A stretch of 63,789 bases of DNA, filler included, from Octopus bimaculoides (taxonomy: Eukaryota), in assembly GCF_001194135.2 (NCBI RefSeq). It is 6 parts of 5 records of this genome, joined end to end, with 100 filler letters (N's around TTAATTAATTAA, not from the genome) between each part and the next. Parts side by side here need not be neighbours in the genome. Positions count along the whole stretch, not along the records: positions 12,300 to 29,037 come from NC_068986.1; positions 29,138 to 45,356 come from NC_068985.1; 4 more parts are not named here. The stretch is one strand, 5' to 3'. Within the stretch, counting starts at the first letter, position 1. Each line of letters begins with the position of its first letter. The translations under genes and the position numbers were made by a program. Under the pieces are notes generated by a model that searched no databases, was not told where the DNA came from, and saw nothing but the letters and a program-made list of their open reading frames with translations. Below are positions 27,010 to 37,834 of the stretch, in pieces.

Positions 27010-27660
27010 TGTGTGTGTGGTTAAGGTGTTCGTTTTGCGACTACATGGTTACGCGTTCAGTTTCACTGCGCAGCAACTTAGGCGGGTCTCTTCTACTGTA
27101 GCCCTGGGCCGACCAATCTCTTGTGAGTGAATTTGGTAGATGGAAACTGTGTGGAATCAAGGTGGGCGAGCTGGCAGAAACGTTAGCAAGCTGGGCAAAA
27201 TGCTTTAGCAGTATTTCGTCTGTCTTTACGTTCTGAGTCGCCGAGGTCGACTTTGCCTTTCATCCTTTCGGGGACGATAATTTAAGTACCAGTTACACAC
27301 TGGGGTCGATATAATCGACTTAATCCCTTTGTCTGTCCTTGTTTGTCCCCTATATGTTTAGCCCCTTGTGGGTAGTAAAGAAATAGGAAACTGTGTGGAA
27401 TCCCGTCGCATATGTGTGTGTGTATGGTTATATGAATGGGTATGTTTGTGTTTGTCTTCCCGCTACCGCGTGGCATATCGGTGTTGGTTTGTTTATGTCT
27501 CTGTAAGCTAATGTCCAATAAAAATGATCGATAAAATATGTACCAGACTTTACAAACAAACGAACTGGGAGGAATTTGTTCGACTAATCTAATCAAGGCA
27601 GTGACCCAGCTTGGCCGCAGTCCAATGACTGGAACAAGTAAAATAAAAAAGATAAAAAAA
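27010..27660 (+). mobile_element. Old SINE family A copy interrupted by a family B insertion
   Basis: Head GTGGTTAAG...GCGTTCAGTTTCACTGCG...GAATTTGGTAGATGGAAACTG. After the insert the body continues to GGCCGCAGTCCAATGACTGGAACAAGTAAAA. Confidence 0.75.
27159..27385 (+). mobile_element. SINE-like retroposon (family B) nested in a family A SINE
   Basis: The GGCGAGCTGGCAGAAACGTTAGCA...GTTCTGAG...AAAGAAATA body is flanked by the 17-bp TSD GGAAACTGTGTGGAATC at 27142-27158 and 27386-27402. Confidence 0.88.
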
Positions 27661-28017
27661 CACCTTGAAAGTTTAATATGATTAAATGGATTCTTACAAA
27701 ATCGCTAGAATTATTTAGCAATTATCTTTTTTCAGCGTGAGCCATTTTCATCATATTAAATGTTAAAAAAAACTCTGCACTTGCTTATGTATTATGTACG
27801 TCTTTCAACAGTAACAAATTTTGTACTCACCAGTAGTTTATAATCAAGCAGGCATACCTAGAACACAATGATTTCAACAACATTTTTAAAAGTGTCTTGC
27901 ATAAAAATCAAATAAACAGCTTGCAGTAATAATATTCGTTCCATTCAGTAAGTTTCAGGTTTTGGATAAACACCGTTGCATCTTAGTGTTTGCTGTTGTA
28001 TTACCTGTAGTATACGT

Positions 28018-28404
28018 GGCGGCGCAATGGCCCAGTGGTTAGGGCAGCGGACTCGCGGTCATAGGATCGCGGTTTCGATTACCAGACTGGGCGTTGTGAG
28101 TGTTTATTGAGCGAAAGCACCTAAAGCTCCACAAGGCTCCGGCAGGGGATGGTGGCGAACCCTGCTGTACTCTTTCACCACAACTTTCTCTCACTCTTAC
28201 TTCCTGTTTCTGTTGTGCCTGTAATTCAAAGGGTCAGCCTTGTCACACTGTGTCACGCTGAATATCCCCCGAGAATTATGTTAAGGGTACACGTGTCTGT
28301 GGAGTGCTCAGCCACTTGCACGTTAATTTCACGAGCAGGCTGTTCCGTTGATCGGATCAACTGGAACCCTCGACGTCGTAAGCGACGGAGTGCCAACAAC
28401 AACA
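28018..28404 (+). mobile_element. Full-length tRNA-derived SINE (family D), young copy with TSD
   Basis: Box A TGGCCCAGTGG, box B GGTTTCGATTACC and an (AAC)n tail. TSD ACCTGTAGTATA at 28003-28014 and 28405-28416. It is colinear with the reverse complement of 24571-24954. Confidence 0.9.
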
Positions 28405-28924
28405 ACCTGTAGTATATACAAACACATAATTGAGATGAAAGGCTGCCATTGCTAGCTTGCTCTGGTTTCTGGTGATTCATTGTTATGGCTGTAAATGTCT
28501 GCTAAGTCATGTCGAACTCCTTCTTTAGAATGAAAATATGTTTAAATTATCAAGAAATATTCTCTTCCAGTTATATCTGAGCATGAATTGCTACTGTAGA
28601 CGGATACGAAACTTTGTCTTCTTTAACGTTCTATAGCACATTCTCCTTTAAATGATACAGTGATAAAATATGCTCAACTAGAAGAAAACAACTGCTTTCA
28701 AGCGATAAGTCTTATCGTATTTTCTCGTGCATAAGGCACAAATGTAGCTGTGTAGTAAGAAGTTTGCTTCCTAACCACATGTTTACGGGCCACAATCTGA
28801 ATGTGTGGAAACTTGGCCATGTGTCTTCTACTATAGCTCCAGGCTGTCCAAAGCCTTGTGAGTAGATTTGGTAGATGGAAACTGAAAGACGTCCGTCTTG
28901 TGTACATAATTATATATATATAAT

Positions 28925-28963
<39 letters not shown>

Positions 28964-29887
28964 TTCATATATATATATGTATAAAAGTGAGAGAAATTTA
29001 TGGTGGAAGAGTGCAGCAGAGTTCGCCCCTTCCCCTGNNNNNNNNNNNNNNNNNNNNNNNNNNNNNNNNNNNNNNNNNNNNTTAATTAATTAANNNNNNN
29101 NNNNNNNNNNNNNNNNNNNNNNNNNNNNNNNNNNNNNTATTGTATGTGTATGTATATATGTTATATGTATATGTATATATATATATGTATATATGTACAT
29201 ATATATATTGTATGTGTATGTATATATGTTATATGTATATGTATATATATATATGTATATATGTGTGTGCATATCAACATGCACACACACGCGCAAGCAC
29301 ATACACACACATATATATATATATATATATGGACAGACACATATTTACGTCTATATGTATATGTGTATGTATACAATGTATATATACTTGTATATACACA
29401 CACGCACTCACACACACACGCACACACACAGAGACTTATGTGTGATTGAAAAGGAGAGGGACAACGAAACAGAGACAGAGGAAGTAATCTCTGTTTTTCT
29501 GTTGTAGGAAGACAGTCCAAATGCCAGTGTGAATAGCAAGTGCACCAGACTTAAGCTGGAAGCAATTTCAAACGAAAATATTTGCTAATTTCAACGCTTC
29601 ATTCGAGCGTCTTTACTGTTACTGTTAAAATTAAATTCACCCAATAATCTTGATGACAAATATGAGTTTGAATTAATTAATAACTTAAAATAACGACTCA
29701 GTAATTAGTTAAATTTGTCAAGTTTAATTTGTGAAGTTTCCACATAACAACTAATTTCAATCTCATTTAAAAAAAATGATTGTTGTAAATGCATGAATGA
29801 AATCGTCCCGTTAGCGGTTCACCAACTAATGAATTATCATTGTCTTAGGAACAAAGACGTGACTCGTAACCATAGCTTGAGTAATAG

Positions 29888-30812
29888 TCCTTTCTACTAA
29901 AGGCACAATGCCTGAAATTTGGGAATAGTCGATTACATAAATCCCAGTACTCAACTGGTACTTATTTTATCGACCCCGAAAGGATGAAAGGCAATGTCAA
30001 TCTCAGCGGAATTTGAACTCAGAACATGAAGTCAGACGAAATACCGCTAAGCATTTCGCCCGACGGGATCTTTTCAATTTGGCTGTCAATTTTCGAAAAT
30101 TCAAAGTTTATAGAAAATTTTAAAATTTGGTAGTTTCCCAAGCTGAATCTCAGGAGATATTTCACCTTTTCTAGAAATTAAAAAGAAAAGTTATAGAGGT
30201 TTAAAGTTTGATCAGTTTCACCCAATCAGAAAACAGGATTTGGAAGCTGCCATTTTGTGTGTAACAGCACTTGTCAACTGTAAACAAATAAAATACTGGC
30301 GGAAATCTGCTTTATGAACGCTATATAAACCCTCATAACTTTTTTATTTTTTGGAATTTTCAGAAAAAAATTGTGAATTTGTAGTCTACGCACGGAATTA
30401 ATAGGATTATGCAAAACCCGAAACAAAAAATTCTGTGGTGTGTGATTTAAGGTCTATTTAGCCGTTATTTTTAGCACATCCACCACCACTACCACCTCAA
30501 TGAGTAGAATATATTTGTCAACACGTACTTTCTCGTAGACAAAAGAGTTCTCATGCTTGGCTTGTTACTATGAAAACGGGCATGAATATGTCTGTGGCTT
30601 ACGATTGGCTAAAATTACTCCAAATTTGCAAACTTTAAAAGCTATAAACTTTTTATTTATTGGTTTATGGTGAAAATGAATTTCATGGCGTTGATTAGCA
30701 TATACGCCGAATATGAAATCACTTCGAGCAGGAATTGAAGAGATTGAAAATTGGCAGCCAAACAGAAAAGATCAGCCCCGCGTGCTAACGATTCTGCCAG
30801 CTTGCTGCCTTC
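29888..30812 (-). mobile_element. SINE family B copy split by a MITE insertion
   Basis: The body runs to GCATTTCGCCCGACG at 30065 and resumes at 30780 with CGTGCTAACGATTCTGCCAGCTTGCTGCC. Confidence 0.75.
30065..30779. mobile_element. Non-autonomous DNA transposon (MITE), about 715 bp
   Basis: Terminal inverted repeats: GATCTTTTCAATTTGGCTGTCAATTTTC at 30067 versus the reverse complement of the right end, GATCTTTTCTGTTTGGCTGCCAATTTTC. No coding capacity seen and no clear TSD. Confidence 0.75.
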
Positions 30813-31069
30813 GTATAATATCAGTGACTGTAGCAAACTAGTAAAAAGTGAGCTGAGTGGTTTTTAAAAAACCTTTTTAATATTAACCGACCTGTAACCA
30901 TTCCTGTTTCTATGACACCAACTTCCTCTTTTAAAGTGATTTAAACACCTTTCATAAAAATTTTAAAATGATGTAGATTAAAAACCTTTCAAGGTACGTT
31001 CTAGATACCAGCTTAATAATGACAAAGTTACTTTACTAAATTCTTCCTTATTTTACAAATTGACTGACA

Positions 31070-31296
31070 GTAACCCTTTAGCCTTCCTTTACTCTATCAA
31101 ATGTAATGCTTATTTATTCATGTTGTTTTGAATTATTCATTCATTATCTTGTAGTCTGAAGATTTCAATGATGTGATTGCTTATTTTCAGAATAACGTTG
31201 TAGGTTAGGTGGGAGAGGCCAAATCTGGCTACTTTGAACATAAAACAAATAAAATATTTGAGCCGGATATGGCTGATTTAAATGCCAAACAGTTAA
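31070..31296. mobile_element. Short MITE, possibly piggyBac-like
   Basis: Ends (G)TAACCCTTTAGC and GCCAAACAGTTAA are degenerate inverted repeats with a TTAA-like outer motif. Confidence 0.45.
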
Positions 31297-31396
31297 GGCA
31301 ATATATTTCAAGAGAAATATGGTAACAAAAGAGTTAAAGTAATCTAAATTTAAACCTAGCATTACAATTTTAAGTTATGTTCTAAATAATGCACCC

Positions 31397-31636
31397 TTTT
31401 AAAGCCTAGCCAGGTTCATGGGCCCGGTTTCCCGGTTTCAATGGCGCATGTGTTCCCCGCTGGACAGGACGCCAGTCCATCGCAGCGTTACTCATTTTTG
31501 CCAGCTGAGTGGACTGGAGCAACGTGAAATGAAGTGTTTTGCTCAAGAACACAACGCGTCGTCCGGTCCAGGAATCGAAACCACAATCTTACGATCATGG
31601 TGCTGACACCCTAACCACTAGATCACGCACCTCCAC
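31397..31636 (-). mobile_element. tRNA-derived SINE (family C) with TSD
   Basis: The reverse complement head has box A/B (GTGGTTAGGGTG...GTGGTTTCGATTCCTGG). TSD TATGTTCTAAATA at 31376-31388 and 31637-31649. Confidence 0.85.
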
Positions 31637-32212
31637 TATGTTCTAAATACCAACTTCCAAATGACATAGTAATTTCATTAAGTTATTCAATATTTTACAA
31701 ATAAATTTAAATTATGGAAGTATATTTAAACTGAAACATAGTAACAAAAGAGTTCATTTGCTCGTATTTACTTTCCATGTTGTTTTACTCTCGCTGTCGC
31801 TATTTTTAAGACAAAAAACATCGTGGAATTAAGTTCATTTGTGACTCAAGTCTATGCCTCGATTTCTAGTCGTTAATTTTACGTCGGGATAAAAACTTTG
31901 GGACAAATAGGCCAACAGCTGGAATTCAGATTGGAGCTGAAACAAAAGTATGATTACATTACAGAATTAATTCCCACCCGTCTTTAACCTCCGATCAAAC
32001 ATCACTGGGGCATATAGTCATTATAGACGTATTGTAGTCATACTATTTAGCTCTGTTTAGTTTTGGGGCCGCAACCCCAGTTAGTCCTCCACAAGAACTA
32101 GCTCAAAAGTCGGAGTGCGGCTTTTAAGCTTATGTTTAGTAAGGTTGTGATACGGGTTTACCTGGGGCATATATGTTCATTTATAAAAATTCTTAATCAC
32201 TAAATCACTAAC

Positions 32213-32329
32213 CTAAACAGCTCTTCTTGTCTGTATGTAACTTGTAACCACTGGGGCACGTACATTTCGGCCCTGTTTTCGTATCGATACATTGCTTCTG
32301 GCAGCCTCCTTTGTTCACTTTACAGGACG
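32213..32329 (-). CDS. SCUBE: Internal coding exon, EGF-like domain (SCUBE-like, equivalent to EGF6)
   Basis: The minus strand reads gttcttttgtttcAG | 117 nt | GTtagt, phase 1-1 and stop-free. Translation: (A)SCKVNKGGCQKQCIDTKTGPKCTCPSGYKLHTDKKSCL, six Cys. It splices in frame to the 40486 exon (...KKSCI-A-SCKVNKGGC...), like SCUBE3 ...KTCIETCAVNNGGC as recalled. Confidence 0.85.
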
Positions 32330-32467
32330 CTGAAACAAAAGAACAAAACAAAACAATATATTTTATATATACAACAAAACAATATACTTTACAAATACAA
32401 CACCCTCTAATATATTCTACAATAATACATAATCAGATCCATAGAAATAGTATTTCTTTGTGTACAA

Positions 32468-32785
32468 CTGTAGGCGTGGCTGTGTGGTAAGAAGCCTGCT
32501 TCCCAATTGTGTGGTCATGGGTTCAGTCTCATTATGCGGCACCTTGGGCAAGTGTCTTCAACTACAGCCCTGGTTCAACCGAAGCCTTGTGAGTGAATTT
32601 TGGTTGACAGAGACTGAAAGAAGTCCTGCGTGTATGTGTGTGTGTGTGTGTTCGTGTCTGTGTTTATCTCTCACCACGCTTGACAACTGGTGTTGGTGTG
32701 CTTACGCCCCCGAAATAAGCGGTTCGGTAAAAAGACACTGACACAATAAGTACGAGGTTTGGAAATAGGTACTGCGGCTGATTTA
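32468..32785 (+). mobile_element. SINE family A copy, about 140 nt from the 3' splice site of the EGF6-like exon
   Basis: GGCGTGGCTGTGTGGTAAG...GGGTTCAGTCTC...GGCACCTTGGGCAAGTGTCTT. Confidence 0.78.
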
Positions 32786-33501
32786 AAGAAAAAAAAACCT
32801 CCAAAGAATAAAAGAATAACAGAATAGAGGATATTCAAATAATAATAACGATCCATGAGGTTCACGCAGAACAACGAGGAACTAAACGATAGCCTATCAG
32901 TTTATGAATAAGAACGTGAATATCTGACTACTGTTGATTTTTACCATTGGAGAACATATCCTACCTTAGAGGATGTGGGTTCGTAACACACATGATTGAA
33001 CAGCAATCATGTGTGTTTCACGCTCGAATCTGCTAGAACATCTTTCCTTTTATCTTTTTCTTGTTTCAGTCATTGGATTGCAGCCATGCTGAAACACTAC
33101 CTTAGATGATTTAATCGAACAAATCAATTCCAGTATTTATTTATCTAATTTTGTTTTAGAGTCTGATACTTATTTTTTCTGTTTTTAAAGTTTAATACTG
33201 ATTCTTATAACCGTTAAGTAACCGAGACGTAAACAAACACCGGTTGTTAAGTAGTGTGGGGACAAACACTAAGGCGCACGCCCTGCCTCCTCATGACGGG
33301 CTTCCACTGTTTTTGTCAACCAAATTCACTTTCAAGGTGTTAGATTTCCCAGGGGTTATAGCAGAAGATACTGTCCAAGAGTGAACCTGAAATTACATAA
33401 CTACAAAAGAAATTTCTTAACCACTCAGTGAAGGCCTTTTGTGCGAAAGAAGTTGTGGCCTTGTGCCCTCGGAATAGAAATCCTACTCGCCCTTTTTATC
33501 A

Positions 33502-33502
<1 letters not shown>

Positions 33503-33551
<49 letters not shown>

Positions 33552-33573
33552 GTTGTTGTTGTTGTTGGTGTTG

Positions 33574-33646
<73 letters not shown>

Positions 33647-33648
33647 CA
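33503..33648. repeat. Compound (TTA)n-(TTG)n-(TTA)n microsatellite at the 3' end of the R4-like element
   Basis: Seen directly. Confidence 0.95.
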
Positions 33649-33649
33649 T

Positions 33650-35491
33650 TGCCTTTGCACAGCTTCTAATGCTGGAGATGTACTACAGTGTCAGCTGTTC
33701 ACTACCAGTGAAATAAGGTAACAACACTTATTTTTCGAGCACCTTCCGGAGTATTCGAGCGTTTCAAAGCAGTGCTGTTTTCTGCAAGTGCTCTACCCTT
33801 ATTGCATCCCCTATTTGTTCCGCGTACTTCTCGAGATTTTTGTTCACAATTATTGGTACTACTGCTACCTTTTTCATCGACCACAACTGCTTAACTTCCC
33901 AAGCTAACCTGTCATATCTCTCAACTTTTCTTTCTTCCTTATCGCATACCTTGTTGTTAGCTGGGCATGCTATATCTATGGTCCAGCATAGTTTTTTTCT
34001 TTCTCAATTAAGACTATATCTGGCTTCCTATTCTCTATTTCATGGTCGCACTGAATCATAAAATTCCATAGGATCTTTGCATTTCTATTTTTGACGATGC
34101 CTTCAGGTTTGTGGTCGTATCAACTTTTTGCTCTGTCAAGTCCATACTTGTTGCAAAGTGTCCAATGGACAAGCCTGGCTATATTGTCGTGGCATCTCTG
34201 ATATTCCTTCTGGGTTAGTAGCATACATTGGCTAGTAATATGCCATGCGATTTCACCATTTTGTTCACAGATTCTGCACTTTTCACTTTCTGCTGTGTTG
34301 TCTATTCTGTATTTTATGTAGTTTGTTCTTCGTGCTTGCTCTTGGGCAGCTCAGATTAGAGCCTCCGTTTCCGGTTTTAAATCACTTTTAGTCATTCACA
34401 GCCATCTTTTTTCTCTGTCTGTCTTATCTTCAACATCTCAATAAAATTGACCATGCATTCTTTTCTTTATCTACCTATTTTCAGTTTGATTCGTTTTCAA
34501 TTTCTTGTATAGTGCTTTATCTTTGCAATCTTTCATCCTACACAACCTGACCTTCTTACTTCCAATAATAGTGGTTCTGTGGCAGTTTTTAAATACCATG
34601 TTATGTTGTTTTCTTTGCTCTTATGCTGTGTTTTCTTGGTACATACAGTCTGTTTGTGTCACTTTTTGGGTGGAGTGACCCATATCTAGTTAGTAACTTC
34701 CTTGTCTTTCTGTCTAAGCTGTTTTGTTCGTCTACTGCCCATGCGATTACCCATGCTCCATATCTGAGTGAAACTGCCCAGGTGTTGATAGCTTCGATCT
34801 TATTCCTTTCGTTTAATTTCGACTTAAGGATCAGTCTCAGTCTGCGTAAGTACTCCACCTTAAATTTTCCTGTCATTTCTTTCTCCATCAATTTATCCAT
34901 TTCCAAAATCCCCAAGTACTTATAGCCCGTCTCTTCTATCTGCTTTATAACCTCCCCCGACGGTATCGTTAACCCATCCATACATTTGATTTTGCCTCTC
35001 TTCAAGACTAACACACTACACTTTCTCAGTCCGAACTCCATTCTGATATCAGCACTAAAGTTATACACCGTATCAACGAGGGAACTGACTTGGGCTTCAT
35101 CTTTACCATAAAGTTTGAGGTCATCCATGAATAACAAATGGTTGTCTTTATGTTGGCGGCTTTTGAATAAATACCCAGCTTTTGCTTTCCTCAGAATCAG
35201 TGTTAGTGATATCAAGCACAGTACAAACATCAGTGGGGACAGGTAGTCCCCTTGGAAGATGCCTCTCCTAATTTCTACTATCCCTTAATTTCTTCCGTAT
35301 GCTGTCAGGTCCGTCCTCCAATTCGCCATACTTTTTTCAAGCAATCGCTCAACATTTGATGCAGTACCGAATAGGTTCATACATTCCATAATCCAAGAAT
35401 GTGGGATCATATCGTACGCCTTACTATAGTCGATCCATGACATGGCTAAGTTTCTTTTCTTCCTTTTGCAGTCTCTGAGTACAGTTTTGTC

Positions 35492-35492
<1 letters not shown>
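33650..35492 (-). mobile_element. 5'-truncated R4/Dong-like non-LTR retrotransposon (RT, CCHC knuckle, restriction-like endonuclease), decayed
   Basis: Minus-strand translation: WIDYSKAYDMIPHSW, RRGIFQGDYLSPLMF, HLLFMDDLKLYG, YKYLGILE (RT); CRICEQNGEIAWHITSQC (CCHC); RKPDIVLI...DIACP (RLE); and the terminal ARILRKVLEK*. It has stops, frameshifts and an internal deletion. (TTA)n arrays flank both ends. Confidence 0.92.
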
Positions 35493-35539
<47 letters not shown>

Positions 35540-36078
35540 CGACTTTACTTTTCATCCTTTCGCGGTCGATAGATTAAGTACCAGTTGAGTAGTGAGGTCA
35601 ATATAATCGGCTATCACCCTCCCCCAAATTTCAGGCCTTATATCTATAGCAGAAAGGGTCATCATCATCATCATCATCAATAAATGAGAGAGCAGCACAC
35701 ACCATCAAAGTGACGCAGCAGTACAAATAACTAATCATTTGATGAGGGTACACCAGGTACCCGCATCTCACCCAGAAGTGCGTGACATGGTGACCTCTTT
35801 TGTTGTTGTTGTTGTTGTTCTGGTTGATGCTGCTTCTGTTGATGTTATCATAATTATTAAAACGTTGAGGTTGTAGAACCTTTGGCACGCCAGACAATAT
35901 GCTTATCGCCATTTCGTCTGTCTTTACATTCTGAGTTCAAATTCCGACGAAGCTGACTTTACCTTTTATCCTTTCAGGGTCGATAAAATAAGCACCAGAT
36001 GAGCATCAGAGGTCGACGTAATTGACTGGCTCCCTCCCTCAAAATTTCAGGCTTTGTACCTACGACAGAAGGAATTAT
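35540..36078 (+). mobile_element. Two partial SINE family B copies (about 35540-35660 and 35895-36078)
   Basis: GACTTT...CTTTTCATCCTTT...GGTCGATA...AAGTACCAG motifs, twice. Confidence 0.65.
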
Positions 36079-36149
36079 TCATTTATTTATTTATATTCTT
36101 TTTGCTTTGTTTTTGCTTGTCCAGATAAGTCGCATTTCACAACTCTCTC

Positions 36150-36414
36150 TTTATTCTTTTACTTGTTTCAGTCATTTGATTGCGGCCATGCTGGGGCACC
36201 GCCTTTAGTCGAGCAAACCGATCCTAGGACTTATTTGTAAGCCTAGTACTTATTCTATCGATCTCTTTTTGCCGAACCGCTAAGTTACGGGGACGTAAGC
36301 ACACCAGCATCGGTTGTCAAGCGAAGTTGGGGCGACAAACACACACACACACACACACANNNNNNNNNNNNNNNNNNNNNNNNNNNNNNNNNNNNNNNNN
36401 NNNNNNNNNNNNNN

Positions 36415-36447
<33 letters not shown>

Positions 36448-36608
36448 TACAACGGGCTTCTTTCAGTTTCCGTCTACCAAACCCACTCACAAGTCTTTAT
36501 TCGTCCCGAGGCTATAGTAGAGGACACTCGCCCAAGGTGCCACGCAGTGGGACTGAACCCAGAACCATGTGGTTGGTAAGCAAGCTACTTACCACACAGT
36601 CACTCCTA
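36150..36608 (-). mobile_element. tRNA-derived SINE (family A, the most abundant here), with an internal microsatellite
   Basis: TTTTACTTGTTTCAGTCATTTGATTGCGGCCATGCTGG...GGCTTCTTTCAGTTTCCGTCTACC...GTGGGACTGAACCC...CTTACCACACAG. The reverse complement head has box A/B (GTGTGGTAAG, GGGTTCAGTCCC). Confidence 0.88.
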
Positions 36609-36879
36609 ACTTCAGTTTTGTTTGAGTAGTTTAGAGATTTGTTATTTTGAATTTTTTTTTTGTATATTTTGTTGCCAGAGTAACCGGGGTTATGAGGTAG
36701 GTGTGTGTGTGTGTGTGTGTGTGTGTGGAAGGGGGTGATCATTTCCTTGTCTGTCCCAGCAAGGGGCAGAGTTCGTTAAAAAAATGTCTTCTTCAATTTT
36801 GTTTTTTAAATTAATACTAAAAAACAAAAATTGCAACAGGCGTCGTGTGATGCGAAAATAAGGATGGTGAGAAGAAAGG

Positions 36880-37295
36880 GAAGAAACGAGGAGGAGGAGG
36901 AGGTAGAAGAAGAGGAGTAGGAGGAAGAAGAAGAGGAGGAAATAGAAAAAAGATGTTCTCAACCACCACCAAAACCACGACCACCACCACCATCACCACC
37001 ATCAACACTGCTGACAGTAGTAATAATATCGACAACAGTAATCTAACCATTACCAGCGCCATCACCACCGACACCTTCGACGGTAGAAATAACAATAGTG
37101 ATAATCCGACTATTGGAACGTCACCTATCACCACCGTTACTAACCACCACCACCACCACCGCTGCTGCCACCGCCACCACCACCATTACCATTGCATCAT
37201 CACCTCCACTACCACCTCCACCACCTCCACCACGACCTTCACCAACATCACCACCACTGTTACCACTGCCATCATCATCATCATCATCATCAGTT
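36880..37295. repeat. Degenerate (GAG/GAA)n and (CAC/CAT)n low-complexity tract
   Basis: Seen directly. It yields spurious poly-T/P/H/S ORFs. Confidence 0.85.
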
Positions 37296-37367
37296 TTCCT
37301 CTGCCTGATGGCTATGTCAAAAGAAGGATTGAAAAGATAGAAGATAGACACTTTTAACGGTTTGGAG

Positions 37368-37553
37368 GAGGGATGAATCCTGGAAGTACTGCAATACCAG
37401 ATGAACCCGTGGCATAGGCGGAGCAAGCCCCTAACTCATCGCTCGCTCTAAAAATTAGTTTAATATTGATGGCTTTATATAGGGACCGTATCAGATATTA
37501 AGCCAAGAACAGATACTACACTTTGGTCTTAGCCAAAAGGCCGAGAAGACGCT
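37368..37553 (-). ncRNA. U2: U2 snRNA copy, near full length, probably a pseudogene or variant
   Basis: The reverse complement reads CTTCTCGGCCTTTTGGCTAAGACCAAAGTGTAGTATCTGTTCTT...TAATATCTGATACG...TTAAACTAATTTTTAG...TAGGGGCTTGCTCC...CACGGGTT...CTGGTATTGCAGTACTTCCAGGA. It is colinear with metazoan U2, including stem I, the GTAGTA branch-point pairing sequence, the Sm region and loop IV. Lesions: GATC to GACC, loss of the ATCA in the stem IIa 5' arm, and Sm site ATTTTTAG. Confidence 0.92.
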
Positions 37554-37766
37554 TTCTTTTCCATTAAGGCCTCATCAATTCCTTCAAGCACAATCTACAT
37601 AGTACTAAATGGTTCTACGTTGCAAGACGTAAAACATATAGCCAGTAATAGGTCAACTGCTTTTGCTAGCCACGGTAAATGTCCGGTTTCGATGGTGGGT
37701 CTTTGATTGTCTATATAGATATATAGCTGATCACTTATAAGGACATATCTTCTATGTTTACTAGTT

Positions 37767-37834
<68 letters not shown>

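Noticed and set aside
27827-27860. 27-nt AG/GT-bounded micro-exon candidate on the minus strand
   Set aside because: It has a stop in the phase-1 frame needed to follow the EGF exons and no supporting homology.
28018-28095. tRNA-like sequence with A and B boxes
   Set aside because: It is a SINE head that continues into a SINE body and tail with a TSD, and I could not form a full cloverleaf. The same applies to other SINE heads.
33425-33721. Poly-Ile/Tyr ORFs resembling membrane proteins (also 50828-51218, 36817-37426)
   Set aside because: They are trinucleotide microsatellite translations.
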